Positions 54,621 through 64,000 of a DNA stretch of 64,000 nucleotides are shown here, one piece after another (position 1 is the first letter of the stretch; each line of letters opens with the position of its first letter). The DNA lies in the NCBI GenBank assembly GCA_038142505.1, contig JAYQKD010000005.1, forward strand, positions 30,217 to 94,216, given 5' to 3'. Made by a program: the position numbers and the translations under genes. The DNA comes from Gammaproteobacteria bacterium. Its GTDB lineage: Bacteria; Pseudomonadota; Gammaproteobacteria; Magnimaribacterales; D2472. Below the pieces are notes generated by a model, which was given only the letters and a program-made list of their open reading frames with translations, ran no database searches and had not been told where the DNA came from.

Positions 54621-55769
54621 TTATGTTTTAGCTTTTAAAGCCTGTATAGATGGTAAATCTTTTCCTTCCATAAATTCAAGAAAAGCTCCTCCGCCTGTTG
54701 AACAATATGATACATCATCTTTGTTAATAAATTTGTTGATAGCAGATAGAGTCTCTCCACCCCCTGCTATTGAAAAACCATCTGATTTTGCAATTTCTTT
54801 AGATAGTTCTTCTGTTCCCTTTGAAAAATAATCATTTTCAAAAACTCCTAATGGCCCATTCCATAAAATAGTTTTTGAACTTAAAACTATATCTTGAATT
54901 TTTTGACTAACAAGTTGATCCAGAATCATTTCATTGATGCCAACATCAGAAATATTTTTTTCACTGATATTTTTACCTTCAAAAGTCTCTGAGGTGATAA
55001 CTTTTTCTGGCAGAATTACTTTGCCCTTATCTAAAAGTTCCTTTGCAATAGCAACCATAGATTCCTCTATAAGAGATTGACCCACCTCATATCCTGCAGC
55101 TTTGATAAAAGTATTAGCTATCCCTCCGCCAACAATAACGTGATCAGCTTTAGAGTTAATATTCTTAATAAGTTCTAATTTTGTTGAAACTTTTGCACCG
55201 CCAATGATAGCGGTATAAGGCTTTTGAGTATTATTTAATGCTTTTGTAAGCGCATCGATTTCTTGTTCTAATAGGATTCCTGAGCATGCTGCGTTAGCTT
55301 GAATAATGGATGAATGAGTAGATGCCTGCTCTCTGTGAGAGGTTCCAAATGCATCAAAGACATAGAGATCTCCAAGATTACCAAGCTTATCTCCTAACTC
55401 TTCAGCATTTGCTTTTTCTCCTTCAAAAAACCTTATATTTTCAAGTAATTGGATACTGGAATTTCCTTGAAAAATTGCAGGATCTTCAATAGATTTAACT
55501 ACTTCTACCTCCTGACCAAAAATCTCTGATGCTGCTTTGGCAACCGGTTTTAAGGAAAAGATTTCTTCGTACAAACCTTCTGTGGGTCTTCCAAGGTGGC
55601 TTACTAATAAAATTTTTGCGTCCTGGTCTAAAGCATATCTTATAGTTGGAAGACATGCCTTTATTCTAGTTAAGTCTTGAACATGTCCCTCCTTGATAGG
55701 GACGTTCATATCAACCCTTATAACAAGATTTTTATTGGTAATATTTTTTAATGAGGATAATTTAATCAT
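54621..55769 (-). CDS. pgk: phosphoglycerate kinase
   Basis: RVDMNVP, SHLGRP, FGTSHR, GGAKVSTK, STGGGAFLE. Confidence 0.94.
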   Translation of the reverse strand: MIKLSSLKNITNKNLVIRVDMNVPIKEGHVQDLTRIKACLPTIRYALDQDAKILLVSHLGRPTEGLYEEIFSLKPVAKAASEIFGQEVEVVKSIEDPAIFQGNSSIQLLENIRFFEGEKANAEELGDKLGNLGDLYVFDAFGTSHREQASTHSSIIQANAACSGILLEQEIDALTKALNNTQKPYTAIIGGAKVSTKLELIKNINSKADHVIVGGGIANTFIKAAGYEVGQSLIEESMVAIAKELLDKGKVILPEKVITSETFEGKNISEKNISDVGINEMILDQLVSQKIQDIVLSSKTILWNGPLGVFENDYFSKGTEELSKEIAKSDGFSIAGGGETLSAINKFINKDDVSYCSTGGGAFLEFMEGKDLPSIQALKAKT

Positions 55770-57754
55770 TAACTAATGATTTTGATAACTCAACAACATT
55801 TGCAGTTGTGAAACCAAAATGCTCAAGCAAAACATTAGCAGGAGCAGACTCACCAAAGGACTCAATGCCTAGGACTTTGTCACCCTTATTTAATATTTTG
55901 TACCAAGAGTTAGGATGCGACAGCTCAATAACAAGCGCTGGCAGGTCAGGCTTAATGACCTTTGATTGATAATCATCGCCTTGTTCTAAAAATACATCAA
56001 GACATGGCATTGAAATGACATTAGTTTTAATCCCATGCTCATTTAACAAAACATCTGATGCGTCTAGGGCTAGCTGTAACTCACTTCCAGATGCAATTAA
56101 TGAGAGAGTTGCATCTCCCTCTTCTTTTATTAGGTAGCCTCCATTCTCAATTGCATCTATCTGTTCTTTGGTTCTGCTAATAGCACTAGTATTTTGTCTG
56201 CTTAAAACTAGGCATGTAGGAGAGCTTTCAGAAATGACAGCATTTTTCCAAGCAATTGATGTCTCAACAAGGTCGGCAGGTCTCCAATTATAAAGATTTG
56301 GAGTAGATCTTAGTGTAACTAAGTGCTCTACAGGTTGATGGGTAGGGCCATCTTCTCCAAGAGCTATGGAGTCATGCGTATATACAAATATGTTTGGTAA
56401 CCCCATTAGTGCAGATAGTCTTACAGCATTTCTAGCATAGTCAGTAAATACAAGGAAGGTTGCTCCATATGGCTTAATGCCACCATGCAAAACCATACCA
56501 TTCATAATTGCAGACATACCAAACTCTCTAACACCATAATTTATGTGATTGCCGGAAGGATTTTCATTTGAAAATGTTGAGCTTGATTTGGTAAAAGTAT
56601 TGTTTGAAGGGGTAAGATCAGCTGATCCTCCAACAAGTTCTGGAAGCTCTTTGACAAAAAAAGTCTAAGCATACCTGAGATGCTTTTCTTGTTGCCATTG
56701 AAGTATTTTCTGAATCACATTGATTAAGAAAATCAATGAATTTTTTATCGAAATCTTCTGGCATCTTAGAAGCAATTCTTCTTTTTAACTCTTCGTACTT
56801 TTCAGGATTGCTTGTTTTATATGCCTCCATTTCAGCATTCCATGATTCATTTAAACTAGTTCCCTTAGATTTTTGATCCCAAAAATCATAAATTGACTGC
56901 GGTAATTCAAACGGCGCATATTCCCATCCAAGAGCTTCTCTAGTTTTTACAATTTCTTCTTCGCCGAGAGGGGCGCCATGAACATCTGATGTTCCAGATT
57001 TGTTTGGGGAACCAAAACCAATTGTTGTTCGGCAGAAAATCATAGTTGGTTTTTCAGTCTCATTTTTTGCAGCAATAATTGCCTGATCTATTTCCTCAAC
57101 GTTGTGACCATCGACTTCTATGGTTTGCCAACCATAACTATCAAATCTCATTACAGTATCATCAGTAAACCAATTTTCTATCTCTCCATCAATTGAGATT
57201 CCATTTTGATCATAAAAGCAGATTAGTTTTCCTAAATTATGTGTCCCAGCAAAAGAACATGCTTCATGTGAAATTCCTTCCATAAGACAGCCGTCACCCA
57301 AGAATGCATAAGTAAAATGATTAATGGGCGAGTGTTCCTTAGAATTAAATTCAGCTGAAAGTATTTTTTCTGAAATTGCCATTCCAACAGCATTAGCAAT
57401 CCCTTGGCCTAATGGTCCTGTAGTAGTTTCAACTCCACAATCAAGATCATACTCAGGATGACCGGGGGTTTTAGATTTTAATTTTCTAAAATCTTTAAGA
57501 TCATCCATCGAAATCTCATATCCCGTTAAATGCAATAAGCTATAGAGAAGCATTGATCCATGACCGTTGGATAAAACAAAACGGTCTCTATTGAACCAAT
57601 GAGGGTTTAATGGATTATGATTTAAATGATTTTTCCATAATGCTGTTGCAATTTCAGCCATTCCCATTGGCATTCCTGGATGGCCACTGTTAGCTTTTTG
57701 TACAGCGTCTATAGAAAGAAATCTTAGGGCGTTTATAGATTCGGAGTGTTCCAA
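55762..57754 (-). pseudogene. tkt: transketolase, single frameshift in A7 run 56656-56662
   Basis: [22 protein letters not shown], then after the shift [15 protein letters not shown]...EFGMSAIMNG, THDSIALGEDGPTHQP. Removing one A/T from the 7-mer fuses ORFs 56618-57754 and 55762-56517. Confidence 0.92.
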
Positions 57755-57935
57755 TTTTTTTCCATTTATTAGAAATTTAATAAATAATAATAGTATTGGC
57801 AGGAAATTAATAGATTAAATATAACTTTTTGCTATAAAATACGCTTACACGTAATTTATCTTTTTTTTACACATAGTTTTTGTGTCAAAAAAACGTACTT
57901 TGCATAACATCTTTTAGTGAATTGGAGAGAATAAT

Positions 57936-59090
57936 ATGAGTTATATTTTCACATCGGAATCAGTTTCAGGAGGTCATCCAGATAAAGTTTGCGATCAAAT
58001 TTCAGATGCAATTTTAGATGCTTATTTAGCAGAAGATCCTAATAGTAGAGTTGCATGTGAAACTATGATTAAAAATAACATGGTCTATATTGCTGGAGAA
58101 ATTACTTCATTGGGTAGTCCTGATCTTGAACCAATTGTCAGAAAAACAATTAACGATATTGGATACAATAATGACGAGTATGGCTTCAATGGCGATACAT
58201 GTGAATTTACTAATCTCGTATTCGAGCAATCACCGGATATTTCTCAAGGTGTAACTGAAGGTGAAGGAGAAAACTTAGAACAAGGTGCTGGTGACCAAGG
58301 GTTAATGTTTGGTTACGCATGTAAAGAGACTGATTCTCTTATGCCTCTTCCAATAGATTTATCTCACAAACTAGTAAAGAGACAGGCTGATGTAATGAAA
58401 AGTGGGGAAATTTCATGGCTTAGACCTGATGCTAAGAGTCAGGTGAGTGTAATTTATTCTGATGATGGAAAAACTATTGAAGGCTTATCAGCCGTGGTCT
58501 TGTCAACACAGCATGATGAAGACGTAACACAAGAAGAAATAAAATCTGAGGTCATGGAAAAAATAATAAAACCAATAGTCCCAGAAGAATGGCTTTTAGA
58601 TTCTACAAATATATATATTAATCCAACAGGTAAATTTGTTATTGGAGGCCCTGTTGGTGATTGCGGACTAACGGGAAGAAAAATTATTGTTGATACCTAT
58701 GGAGGTATGGCTAGACATGGTGGTGGAGCTTTCTCTGGCAAAGATCCATCTAAGGTTGACAGGTCTGCAGCCTATGCAGCGAGATATGTAGCAAAAAATA
58801 TAGTTGCAGCTGGGCTTGCTGATTATTGTGAGATTCAAGTCTCATATGCTATCGGTGTTGCAAAACCAACATCTATTCATGTTGAAACATTTAATAGTGA
58901 GAAAATTTCTAAGGAAACTATTGTAAAAATAGTTGAAGAAGAATTTGATTTAAGACCTAAAAGCTTAATTAATATGCTTGATTTAAAGAGGCCCATATAT
59001 TTGCCAACTGCTGCCTACGGGCATTTTGGAAGATCAGATATTGATCTTTCTTGGGAAAAAACTGACAAAGCTGCAGATATTGCACAATAA
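57936..59090 (+). CDS. metK: S-adenosylmethionine synthase
   Basis: [46 protein letters not shown]. Confidence 0.95.
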   Translation: MSYIFTSESVSGGHPDKVCDQISDAILDAYLAEDPNSRVACETMIKNNMVYIAGEITSLGSPDLEPIVRKTINDIGYNNDEYGFNGDTCEFTNLVFEQSPDISQGVTEGEGENLEQGAGDQGLMFGYACKETDSLMPLPIDLSHKLVKRQADVMKSGEISWLRPDAKSQVSVIYSDDGKTIEGLSAVVLSTQHDEDVTQEEIKSEVMEKIIKPIVPEEWLLDSTNIYINPTGKFVIGGPVGDCGLTGRKIIVDTYGGMARHGGGAFSGKDPSKVDRSAAYAARYVAKNIVAAGLADYCEIQVSYAIGVAKPTSIHVETFNSEKISKETIVKIVEEEFDLRPKSLINMLDLKRPIYLPTAAYGHFGRSDIDLSWEKTDKAADIAQ

Positions 59091-59110
59091 AATTAAAAAG
59101 GAAATTAAAA

Positions 59111-60503
59111 ATGGAAAATGACTATAAAGTAGCAGATATTAATCTTGCTGAATTTGGCAGAAGAGAAATTTCGTTAGCTGAAAATGAAATGCCAGCATTA
59201 ATGGCTTTAAGAGAAAAGTATCGTGATGAGCAACCACTTGCTGGTGCAAAAATAATGGGATGCATACATATGACGATCCAGACAGCTGTCTTAATGGAAA
59301 CTCTTGTAGACCTTGGAGCTGAATTAAGATGGTCATCTTGTAACATCTTTTCTACACAAGATCATGCTGCTGCTGCAATGGCAGCAAAGGGAATACCAAC
59401 ATTTGCATGGAAGGGTGAAACTGAAGAAGAATACGAATGGTGTATAGAACAGACTATTTGTAAAGACGGTAAGCCATGGGATGCAAATATGATCCTTGAT
59501 GATGGTAGTGATCTTACATCTATGGTTCATGCAAAATTTCCAGATATGCTAGAAAATATTCATGGTGTTTCAGAAGAAACAACTCAGGTGTGCACAGACT
59601 AAAAGAAATGCTTGAAAAAGGTGAGCTTAAAATTCCAGCAATTAATGTTAATGATTCAGTAACTAAAGCAAAAAATGATAATAAATATGGTTGTAGACAT
59701 AGTCTTAATGATGCGATCAAAAGAGGTACTGACATGTTGTTATCAGGCAAGAAAGGTTTAGTAATAGGCTATGGTGATGTAGGTAAAGGCTCGGCAGCCA
59801 GTCTTGCACAAGAAGGAATGATTGTAAGTGTTGTTGAATCAGATCCAATTTGTGCCATGCAGGCTTGCATGGATGGTTTCGCAGTTGTTTCCTGTTATAA
59901 AGATGGCGTTGTTACAAGAAAGCCTGAAGATATAAATATGCATGTCATGGGTGATATTGACTTAGTAGTTACTACAACTGGTAACGTCAATGTTTGTGAT
60001 TCAGCAATGTTAACTACCTAAAAAATACTGCTGTTGTTTGTAATATTGGCCATTTCGATAATGAAATAGATACAGCTTTTTTAAGAGATGAATTCTATTG
60101 GGATGAGATTAAACCTCAGGTTCATAGAATTTTTAGAGATACAAAACCCGATGGAACACCAGATCTCTCAAGTAAAAATTACATAATACTTTTGGCAGAA
60201 GGTCGATTGGTAAACCTCGGTAATGCAACTGGTCATCCAAGTAGAATTATGGATGGATCTTTTGCAAACCAAGTGTTGGCGCAAATACATTTATTCAAAC
60301 AAGGTTTTGCTAATATCAATGACGAAGATAGAAAAGCAGAAATGATTACTGTAGAAGTTCTTCCTAAAAAACTTGATGAAGAGGTTGCCTCGTTGATGGT
60401 TGCTGGTTTTGGGGGTGTAGTAACTAAGCTAACCAAAGATCAAGCTGATTACATCAATGTTCCTCAAGAAGGTCCATTTAAAGAAGAAAGCTACAAATAT
60501 TAG
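59111..60503 (+). pseudogene. ahcY: adenosylhomocysteinase, two frameshifts (about 59585 and about 60019)
   Basis: [21 protein letters not shown] | [25 protein letters not shown] | [11 protein letters not shown] ... [17 protein letters not shown]. The gene starts 20 nt after the metK stop. Confidence 0.92.
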
Positions 60504-60548
60504 TCTTAATCTGTGCAATTATGGGCATAATTGCCCATAATACGCACT

Positions 60549-60656
60549 ATGAATTTAATCAAAATTATATTTAGTTTGCTAATCTTGGCTTCTATATCTA
60601 GCTGTGGTGTAAAAGGCCCATTAGTTAATTCATACGTTGTTACAAAAATACAATGA
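60549..60656 (+). CDS. small lipoprotein, LppL/LptM (YifL)-like, 35 aa (below the ORF-track cutoff)
   Basis: Manual translation gives MNLIKIIFSLLILASISSCGVKGPL..., with lipobox plus GxKGPL as in YifL/LppL. The TGA overlaps the lysA ATG (ATGA). Conserved position before lysA-dapF. Confidence 0.75.
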   Translation: MNLIKIIFSLLILASISSCGVKGPLVNSYVVTKIQ

Positions 60657-61892
60657 ATACATTTAAATACATAGATGGCAGCCTGCATTGTGAAGGCGTT
60701 GATCTTTCAGTACTTGAAGAAAAACATGGTACGCCTTCATATGTTTATTCAAAAAAAACTATAGAAGAAAATGCTAAAGCATATGTAAATTCATTTACAA
60801 ATAGTAGAAACCTCGCCTGTTTTGCAGTTAAGTCACTAAGTAACTTATCAATACTTAAAATTATTAAAGATGCTGGTTGTGGGTTTGATATTGTTTCTGG
60901 TGGAGAACTTCATAGAGTATTATCTATTGGCGTAGATCCAAAAAAAGTTATTTTTTCTGGAGTAGGCAAAACAAAGGATGAGATACAACATGGAATTAAT
61001 AATGGCATTTTGTCTTTTAATGTTGAGTCTGAATCTGAGCTTTACAGAATTGAAAAAATTGCCGATGACATTGAATCTCCAGCACCAATTTCGATAAGAA
61101 TTAACCCTGACATTGATTCAGGTGGACATGACTATATAACTACCGGTAGAAAAGGTGACAAATTTGGAATTTCTGACACAAGAAAGGTTATTGATTTGTG
61201 CAAACATGCTCACCAGTCAAAAAATCTCAAAATAGTTGGACTTGCCTGTCACATTGGATCGCAAATTTTAGATCTTGACGGGTTTATGAAATCAGCTGAT
61301 AAAATTTTTGAGTTAGCAGATGAATTAGCAAATTTTGATATTTCACTAGAGTTTTTAGATCTTGGAGGAGGTCTAGGTATTTCATATGAAAATGAAGTCC
61401 CACCTTCACCACTTGGATCTTATCTCATGTCTTGAAGATAAATTCAAAAACAGAAAAGAAAGATTAATATTAGAGCCCGGAAGAAGTATATCTGCAAATG
61501 CAGGAGTTCTTCTAACCAAGGTTGAATACATCAAAGATAATTTCTTGATTGTTGATGCTGCTATGAATGATCTTTTGAGACCCTCGCTCTACAAAGCTCA
61601 TCATGATGTATGCAATGTAGAAGATAAAAAAGATAATTTAAAAAAATGGACTGTTGTTGGCCCAGTATGTGAATCATCAGATTTTCTAGCAAAGAATGCA
61701 TCTCTTGATGTGCATGAGGATGATTTGATTGTTGTTAAAAATGCTGGTGCTTATGGTTTTGTAATGGCATCAAATTACAACTCAAGACCAAAAGCCTGCG
61801 AAATTCTTATCGATGGGGATCAATCTAAGATTATTCGACGAAGAGAAACTCTTGATGATCTTCTTGAAAAGGAAAAGATTGAAAATGATTAA
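60653..61892 (+). pseudogene. lysA: diaminopimelate decarboxylase, one frameshift at GG 61415-61416
   Basis: FAVKSLSN PLP lysine region, GGGLGISY, EPGRSI, CESSD, GAYG. Removing one G gives ...VPPSPLDLISCLEDKF.... Confidence 0.92.
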
Positions 61893-62658
61893 TTTTGATA
61901 AGATGCATGGTAATGGCAATGATTTTATTGTTATTAATTCAATAGAAAATACTTATAAACTATCAAAATCAAAAATTAAGATACTAGCAGATAGAAATTT
62001 TGGTATTGGTTTTGATCAAGTAATTCTAATTGGCCCACCAGCAAAAGATAGTTTTGATTTTTCAATAAGGTTTTTTAATGCTGATGGCAGTGAAGCTTCA
62101 ATGTGCCTTAATGGGATAAGGTGTGCTGCCTCTTATGTCTGGCGTAATAATTTTGCTCCTAAAAAATCCATTACTTTTAAAACTAAAAACAGGCATGTAT
62201 TATGTGAGCCTTTTAAAAATCAAGTGAAAGCATTGCTAGAAACACCATCAACATATATCGATACTAAGCTTCATTCAAAACTTGCAAAATTAATTTCAGA
62301 TAAATTTGACTTAGTGGATGCAGGAAATATGCATCTTTGCATTAAATCATCCTCAATAAAAAAGAAAGACTTAGATTCAATATATAAAAATCTTGAAAGA
62401 TTAATAAAGCCTTTTGGGTTTAATTTATCAATATACAAAGTATCAAAGAATATTGCTGAAATGAGAACTTATGAGAATGGTGTTGGTGAAACATTTTCTT
62501 GTGGCTCAGCTGCTTTAGCAGTTACATCTTTGTGTATTAAAAATAAATTTAAGACTATATCTCCTGGAGGGGAACTTAATTTTATTAAAAAAAATAATGC
62601 TAATATAGAAATGATGGGACCAGCTAAATATATATATTCAGGAAATATAGATGTCTAA
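61885..62658 (+). CDS. dapF: diaminopimelate epimerase
   Basis: FDKMHGNGNDFIVI, MCLNGIRC and FSCGSAA catalytic cysteines. ATG 61885 overlaps the lysA end by 8 nt. Confidence 0.9.
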   Translation: MINFDKMHGNGNDFIVINSIENTYKLSKSKIKILADRNFGIGFDQVILIGPPAKDSFDFSIRFFNADGSEASMCLNGIRCAASYVWRNNFAPKKSITFKTKNRHVLCEPFKNQVKALLETPSTYIDTKLHSKLAKLISDKFDLVDAGNMHLCIKSSSIKKKDLDSIYKNLERLIKPFGFNLSIYKVSKNIAEMRTYENGVGETFSCGSAALAVTSLCIKNKFKTISPGGELNFIKKNNANIEMMGPAKYIYSGNIDV

Positions 62659-63289
62659 AAAATTAGATTCAAAAGATGTCGAATTATTTTTACTCGACAA
62701 TATAGATTTTTTTGAATCAAGAGAATCTCTTCTTAGCGAGATGAAATTTAAAGATTCATCAAGCTCTGCATCATCCCTGCTTGAACGACAAATTAATAAG
62801 CTCAGAGATGAGCAGAAAGACTTAATGGATCTTTTAACTTCTTTTATTCAAACAGCACAGTTAAATGAAGATTTATTTAACAAGTCGAAAGAACTCACTT
62901 TATCTATTCTAGAAGCTTTAGATAAGAATGAGATTATAAATACTGTTCAAAATGATTTTAAGAAAAGTTTTAACGTAAATAACTGTCAATTAGATTTTTA
63001 TTCAAATTCAGAAATAGATGACATAGAACAAAAGACTGGTATGTCTTTTCATAAAGGTGCTATTCATTGTGGATCTTTTTCCAATGAAAAAATGGAGTTC
63101 TTGTTTAACGATAATAAAGTTGAATCATTGGCTATAGCTGTTTTAGTTAATAAATCAGAGATAGGTTTGCTTAAGCTTGGTAGCTATGAGAGAACTAGGT
63201 ATCTTGGAGATGAGGATACAACTTTTATAGAATATATAAGAGATATCTTAGAAAAAAAATTCCAATCGATTGACAGTCTTAATGCCTGA
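62651..63289 (+). CDS. DUF484 (YigA-like) protein
   Basis: Located between dapF and xerC, as yigA is. N-terminal DVELFLLDNIDFF and a GAF-like C-terminal half. Confidence 0.7.
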   Translation: MSKKLDSKDVELFLLDNIDFFESRESLLSEMKFKDSSSSASSLLERQINKLRDEQKDLMDLLTSFIQTAQLNEDLFNKSKELTLSILEALDKNEIINTVQNDFKKSFNVNNCQLDFYSNSEIDDIEQKTGMSFHKGAIHCGSFSNEKMEFLFNDNKVESLAIAVLVNKSEIGLLKLGSYERTRYLGDEDTTFIEYIRDILEKKFQSIDSLNA

Positions 63290-64000
63290 GAAATATTTTG
63301 TTAATAAAGATATAGAGCTTTATATAAATTATATTTCTGAAGTTAAAAATCTTTCAAAAAATACCTCTAGTTCTTATCAAAGAGATCTAAAAAAATTATC
63401 TAAATATTTACAGTCTATAAATATAGCGACCTACTATGAAATTGATGACTCGGTATGCTCTGGATGGCTTGGAAGTCTTTATGCTTTAGAAAATAATCCT
63501 AGAAGCATCCAAAGACATCTTTCATCTGCAAAAGGTTTTTTTAAATTTCTTAGAAAAAATTCTTTAATTGACTCATCACCTTTTGACCTAATTACAGCAC
63601 CCAAGGCTCCCAGTTATCTACCTGAAGTGTTGTCACCTGAAGATGTCAGCCAGTTACTAAATTTTAAACCAACTGATTCTCTTGAAATGCGTGATCTGGC
63701 AATTGTTGAATTAATGTACTCATCAGGATTAAGGGTTTCAGAGGCTGCAAATATTAATTTAGAAGACTTCGAAGAAGAAATGTCTTTTCTAAGAGTTTTG
63801 GGCAAAGGATCTAAAACCAGGTTGGTTCCAATTGGTAGATATGCAAAAGCCGCTATAGAAAATTGGATTTTAGAACGTTCTAAGTACTCTGATAAATCTA
63901 GTGCCCTGTTCATAAATTTAAAAGGGTCAAGATTAACAGTTAGGAGCATACAATTAAGATTAAAAAGATTAGCATTAAAGCAAGGACTTCCTCCAATTCA
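63282..64000 (+). CDS. xerC: tyrosine recombinase XerC, 3' end outside window (absent from the ORF track because it is open-ended)
   Basis: Manual translation from ATG 63282 is stop-free to the window end: YINYISEVKNLSKNTSSSYQRDL..L, RDLAIVELMYSSGLRVSEA, LRVLGKGSKTRLVPIG. Confidence 0.85.
   Translation, partial: MPEKYFVNKDIELYINYISEVKNLSKNTSSSYQRDLKKLSKYLQSINIATYYEIDDSVCSGWLGSLYALENNPRSIQRHLSSAKGFFKFLRKNSLIDSSPFDLITAPKAPSYLPEVLSPEDVSQLLNFKPTDSLEMRDLAIVELMYSSGLRVSEAANINLEDFEEEMSFLRVLGKGSKTRLVPIGRYAKAAIENWILERSKYSDKSSALFINLKGSRLTVRSIQLRLKRLALKQGLPPI

Noticed and set aside
57841-57935. SAM riboswitch or MetJ boxes upstream of metK (ACACGTAA / AAACGTAC).
   Set aside because: I could not find the conserved cores of the SAM-II/V or SAH classes that I remember. 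The two ACGT-containing octamers are poor matches to AGACGTCT, and MetJ is not expected outside enteric and vibrio lineages.
60515-60538. Two mutually exclusive perfect hairpins after ahcY (GCAATTAT-GGGC-ATAATTGC versus ATGGGC-ATAATT-GCCCAT).
   Set aside because: No U-tract follows and there is no evident link to the downstream lipoprotein/lysA start. It could be a weak terminator or chance symmetry, and I have no way to discriminate here.
5737-61892. Interpreting the roughly 19 interrupted genes as genuine pseudogenes, programmed frameshifts or a stop-codon reassignment.
   Set aside because: Every break I traced is a change of reading frame, not an in-frame stop, so recoding does not explain them. 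The shifts occur at ordinary short runs of about 2-7 nt without slippery heptamers or downstream structures. They go in both +1 and -1 directions. The affected genes include enzymes that should not all be dispensable. Sequence error is the more economical explanation, but it remains untested here.
63614-63949. 111-aa minus-strand ORF near the window end.
   Set aside because: It lies entirely antisense to an uninterrupted plus-strand frame with clear XerC motifs (RDLAIVELMYSSGLRVSEA, LGKGSKTRLVPIG).

Overview
This is a visibly AT-rich, very tightly packed stretch of gammaproteobacterial core chromosome. Gene order follows several conserved Pseudomonas/E. coli blocks: tyrS|mepM-anmK|erpA-hemL; dksA-pcnB; nnrD-tsaE-amiB|priA|rpmE; sixA-dut|rpmB; ubiH-pepP|zapA-ssrS-ygfA; ilvA|rpiA; miaB-ybeZ-ybeY-corC-lnt; orn|rsgA; ubiE-ubiJ-ubiB-tatABC; tkt-pgk-fba|metK-ahcY; lppL-lysA-dapF-yigA-xerC. 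I found no rRNA, tRNA, CRISPR array, transposase, integrase island or recognisable defence or secretion system, so I cannot support a new multi-gene system here. The main signal is that about 19 conserved housekeeping genes are broken by single-base indels (putA, anmK, hemL, dksA, pcnB, acs, tkt, ahcY, lysA and others). Most of the breaks I resolved lie in short homopolymer runs, and they are concentrated between 5.7 and 21.8 kb. I read this as sequence-quality error, not gene decay. Secondary observations are a Lys/Ala/Thr-rich tail on DksA encoded by A7-A8 runs, a GC-rich promoter/hairpin/terminator element with a tiny hydrophobic ORF upstream of gpx, zinc-independent isoforms (type B L31, class I aldolase) at canonical loci, and a small block of uncharacterised hydrolases. 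Four features missing from the ORF track were recovered by eye: 6S RNA, tatA, a 35-aa LppL/LptM-like lipoprotein and the open-ended xerC.
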